A stretch of DNA of 32,000 nt from Paenibacillus silvae (GTDB lineage Bacteria; Bacillota; Bacilli; Paenibacillales; Paenibacillaceae), in contig NZ_BMFU01000016.1 of NCBI RefSeq assembly GCF_014639235.1, positions 1-32,000 of the forward strand. The letters are read 5' to 3'. The notes under the pieces are model-generated. The model was not told the DNA's origin and searched no databases. It saw nothing but the letters and a program-made list of their open reading frames with translations. Below, piece after piece: positions 30,784-32,000 of this stretch (its first letter is position 1; each line of letters opens with the position of its first letter). The position numbers were made by a program, and so were the translations under genes.

Positions 30784-32000
30784 ATGAATCCACGTACGAA
30801 CTCTGAGTTGTTATATACAGAAGCCCTGCAGCATATTGTAGGCGGCGTAAACAGCCCGTCCCGCTCGTTCAAGGCAGTAGGCGGCGGTGCACCCGTTTTT
30901 ATGAAAAAAGCACAAGGTGCTCACTTCTGGGATGTTGACGACAACAAGTACATTGATTATCTCGCGGCGTATGGTCCGATTGTGACTGGACATGCTCACC
31001 CTCATATCACCAAAGCCATTGCCGAGGCTGCTGCAAATGGTGTGCTGTACGGTACACCAACCGAGCTTGAAATCAAACTTGCCAAAATGCTCAAAGAAGC
31101 CATTCCGTCCATGGACAAGGTTCGATTTGTCAACTCGGGTACGGAAGCCGTTATGACAACGATTCGAGTGGCGCGCGCCTATACGAAGCGTAATAAGATT
31201 GTAAAATTTGCCGGATGTTATCACGGTCACTCCGACCTTGTTCTCGTAGCCGCCGGTTCCGGTCCTTCTACGCTTGGCATTCCCGACAGCGCCGGTATCC
31301 CGACCAGCATTGCGCATGAGGTCATTACCGTTCCGTATAACGATCTCGAAGGTTTGAAGGAAGCGCTCGAACGCTGGGGTGACGATGTGGCTGCCGTTAT
31401 GGTGGAGCCGATTGTGGGCAATTTCGGCATGGTTATGCCGGAGCCTGGCTTCCTTGAAGGTCTCTGTGCAATGACACGTGCGAACGGCTCTCTCGTCATC
31501 TATGACGAGGTTATTACCGCGTTCCGCTTCCATTACGGTTCCACGCAGACCTATGCAGGACTGGCTAATCATGCGGAGATTGAACCCGACCTTACGGCAC
31601 TGGGCAAAATCATTGGCGGCGGCTTGCCGATCGGCGCGTATGGCGGCCGTAAACATGTGATGGAGCAGGTTGCTCCGCTCGGCCCGGCATATCAAGCCGG
31701 AACGATGGCAGGTAACCCTGCGTCCATCTCGGCAGGTATTGCCTGCCTTGAGGTGCTGCAAGGCGCTGGCGTATATGAAGAGATGGAACGCCTCGCCATT
31801 GATCTGACGGCTGGCCTCCAGGCTTCGGCCGACCGGCATGGCATCGATCTGACGATCAACCGCATTCGCGGTGCGTTCTCCACGCATTTCTGCAATCATC
31901 CCGTGACGAACTACGATCACGCTCAAGATACGGATGGCGAACGCTTCGCGTCCTTCTTCCGCCACATGCTGAACCGCGGCATCAACCTCGCACCATCGAA
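30784..32000 (+). CDS. gsaB: glutamate-1-semialdehyde 2,1-aminomutase (partial, runs off the right edge)
   Basis: Not in the ORF track because no stop lies in the window. Translation from ATG 30784: [79 protein letters not shown]...[21 protein letters not shown]...[30 protein letters not shown]...[10 protein letters not shown]...[16 protein letters not shown] (PLP Lys in LGKIIGGG). It matches the standalone GsaB type and is a neighbour of bcp as in B. subtilis. Confidence 0.93.
   Translation, partial: MNPRTNSELLYTEALQHIVGGVNSPSRSFKAVGGGAPVFMKKAQGAHFWDVDDNKYIDYLAAYGPIVTGHAHPHITKAIAEAAANGVLYGTPTELEIKLAKMLKEAIPSMDKVRFVNSGTEAVMTTIRVARAYTKRNKIVKFAGCYHGHSDLVLVAAGSGPSTLGIPDSAGIPTSIAHEVITVPYNDLEGLKEALERWGDDVAAVMVEPIVGNFGMVMPEPGFLEGLCAMTRANGSLVIYDEVITAFRFHYGSTQTYAGLANHAEIEPDLTALGKIIGGGLPIGAYGGRKHVMEQVAPLGPAYQAGTMAGNPASISAGIACLEVLQGAGVYEEMERLAIDLTAGLQASADRHGIDLTINRIRGAFSTHFCNHPVTNYDHAQDTDGERFASFFRHMLNRGINLAPS

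Noticed and set aside
30811-31965. 384-aa minus-strand ORF, the longest ORF listed for this region
   Set aside because: It is the antisense shadow of gsaB. The plus strand from ATG 30784 translates without a stop into an unmistakable glutamate-1-semialdehyde aminomutase. The minus-strand product is Arg/His/Cys-rich with no recognisable motifs and no Shine-Dalgarno.

Overview
Chromosomal segment of a Paenibacillus-like Firmicute; the partial 16S rRNA at the left edge supports this. The backbone follows the Bacillus subtilis yeaC-yeaD-yebA-guaA-pbuG neighbourhood: MoxR ATPase, DUF58 protein, transglutaminase-like membrane protein, GMP synthase, and a guanine-riboswitch-controlled purine permease. 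To the right lie a polysaccharide deacetylase, DedA, a five-gene spore germinant-receptor operon, bcp, an ABC-2 exporter, an LCP protein and a partial gsaB. The backbone is interrupted between guaA and pbuG by AT-rich accessory DNA. The main result is a ~4.9 kb islet integrated into the 3' end of guaA. It is bounded by a 190-nt direct duplication of the guaA terminus (4962-5151 and 9822-10011) that differs almost only at synonymous sites, and it carries a frameshifted, truncated tyrosine integrase next to guaA. Its cargo is a tight three-gene operon, TIR / SIR2-SLOG / TIR-like (7940->5311, minus strand). This is the architecture of a type I Thoeris anti-phage NAD+-depletion system (thsB'-thsA-thsB) with two unrelated TIR sensors. 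A divergent HU/IHF-like gene of unknown role and two micro-ORFs sit beside it. Secondary oddities are a 114-bp block of three consecutive hexanucleotide arrays (TTTGGG x9, TTCTGG x6, GTTGGG x4), a repeat-rich ~0.8 kb non-coding stretch upstream of guaA, an internal 138-bp tandem duplication and a very GC-rich tail in the transglutaminase gene, and a germinant-receptor operon with two B-subunit paralogues plus a small D-like membrane protein. All calls come from reading the sequence and the translations; no database search was run.
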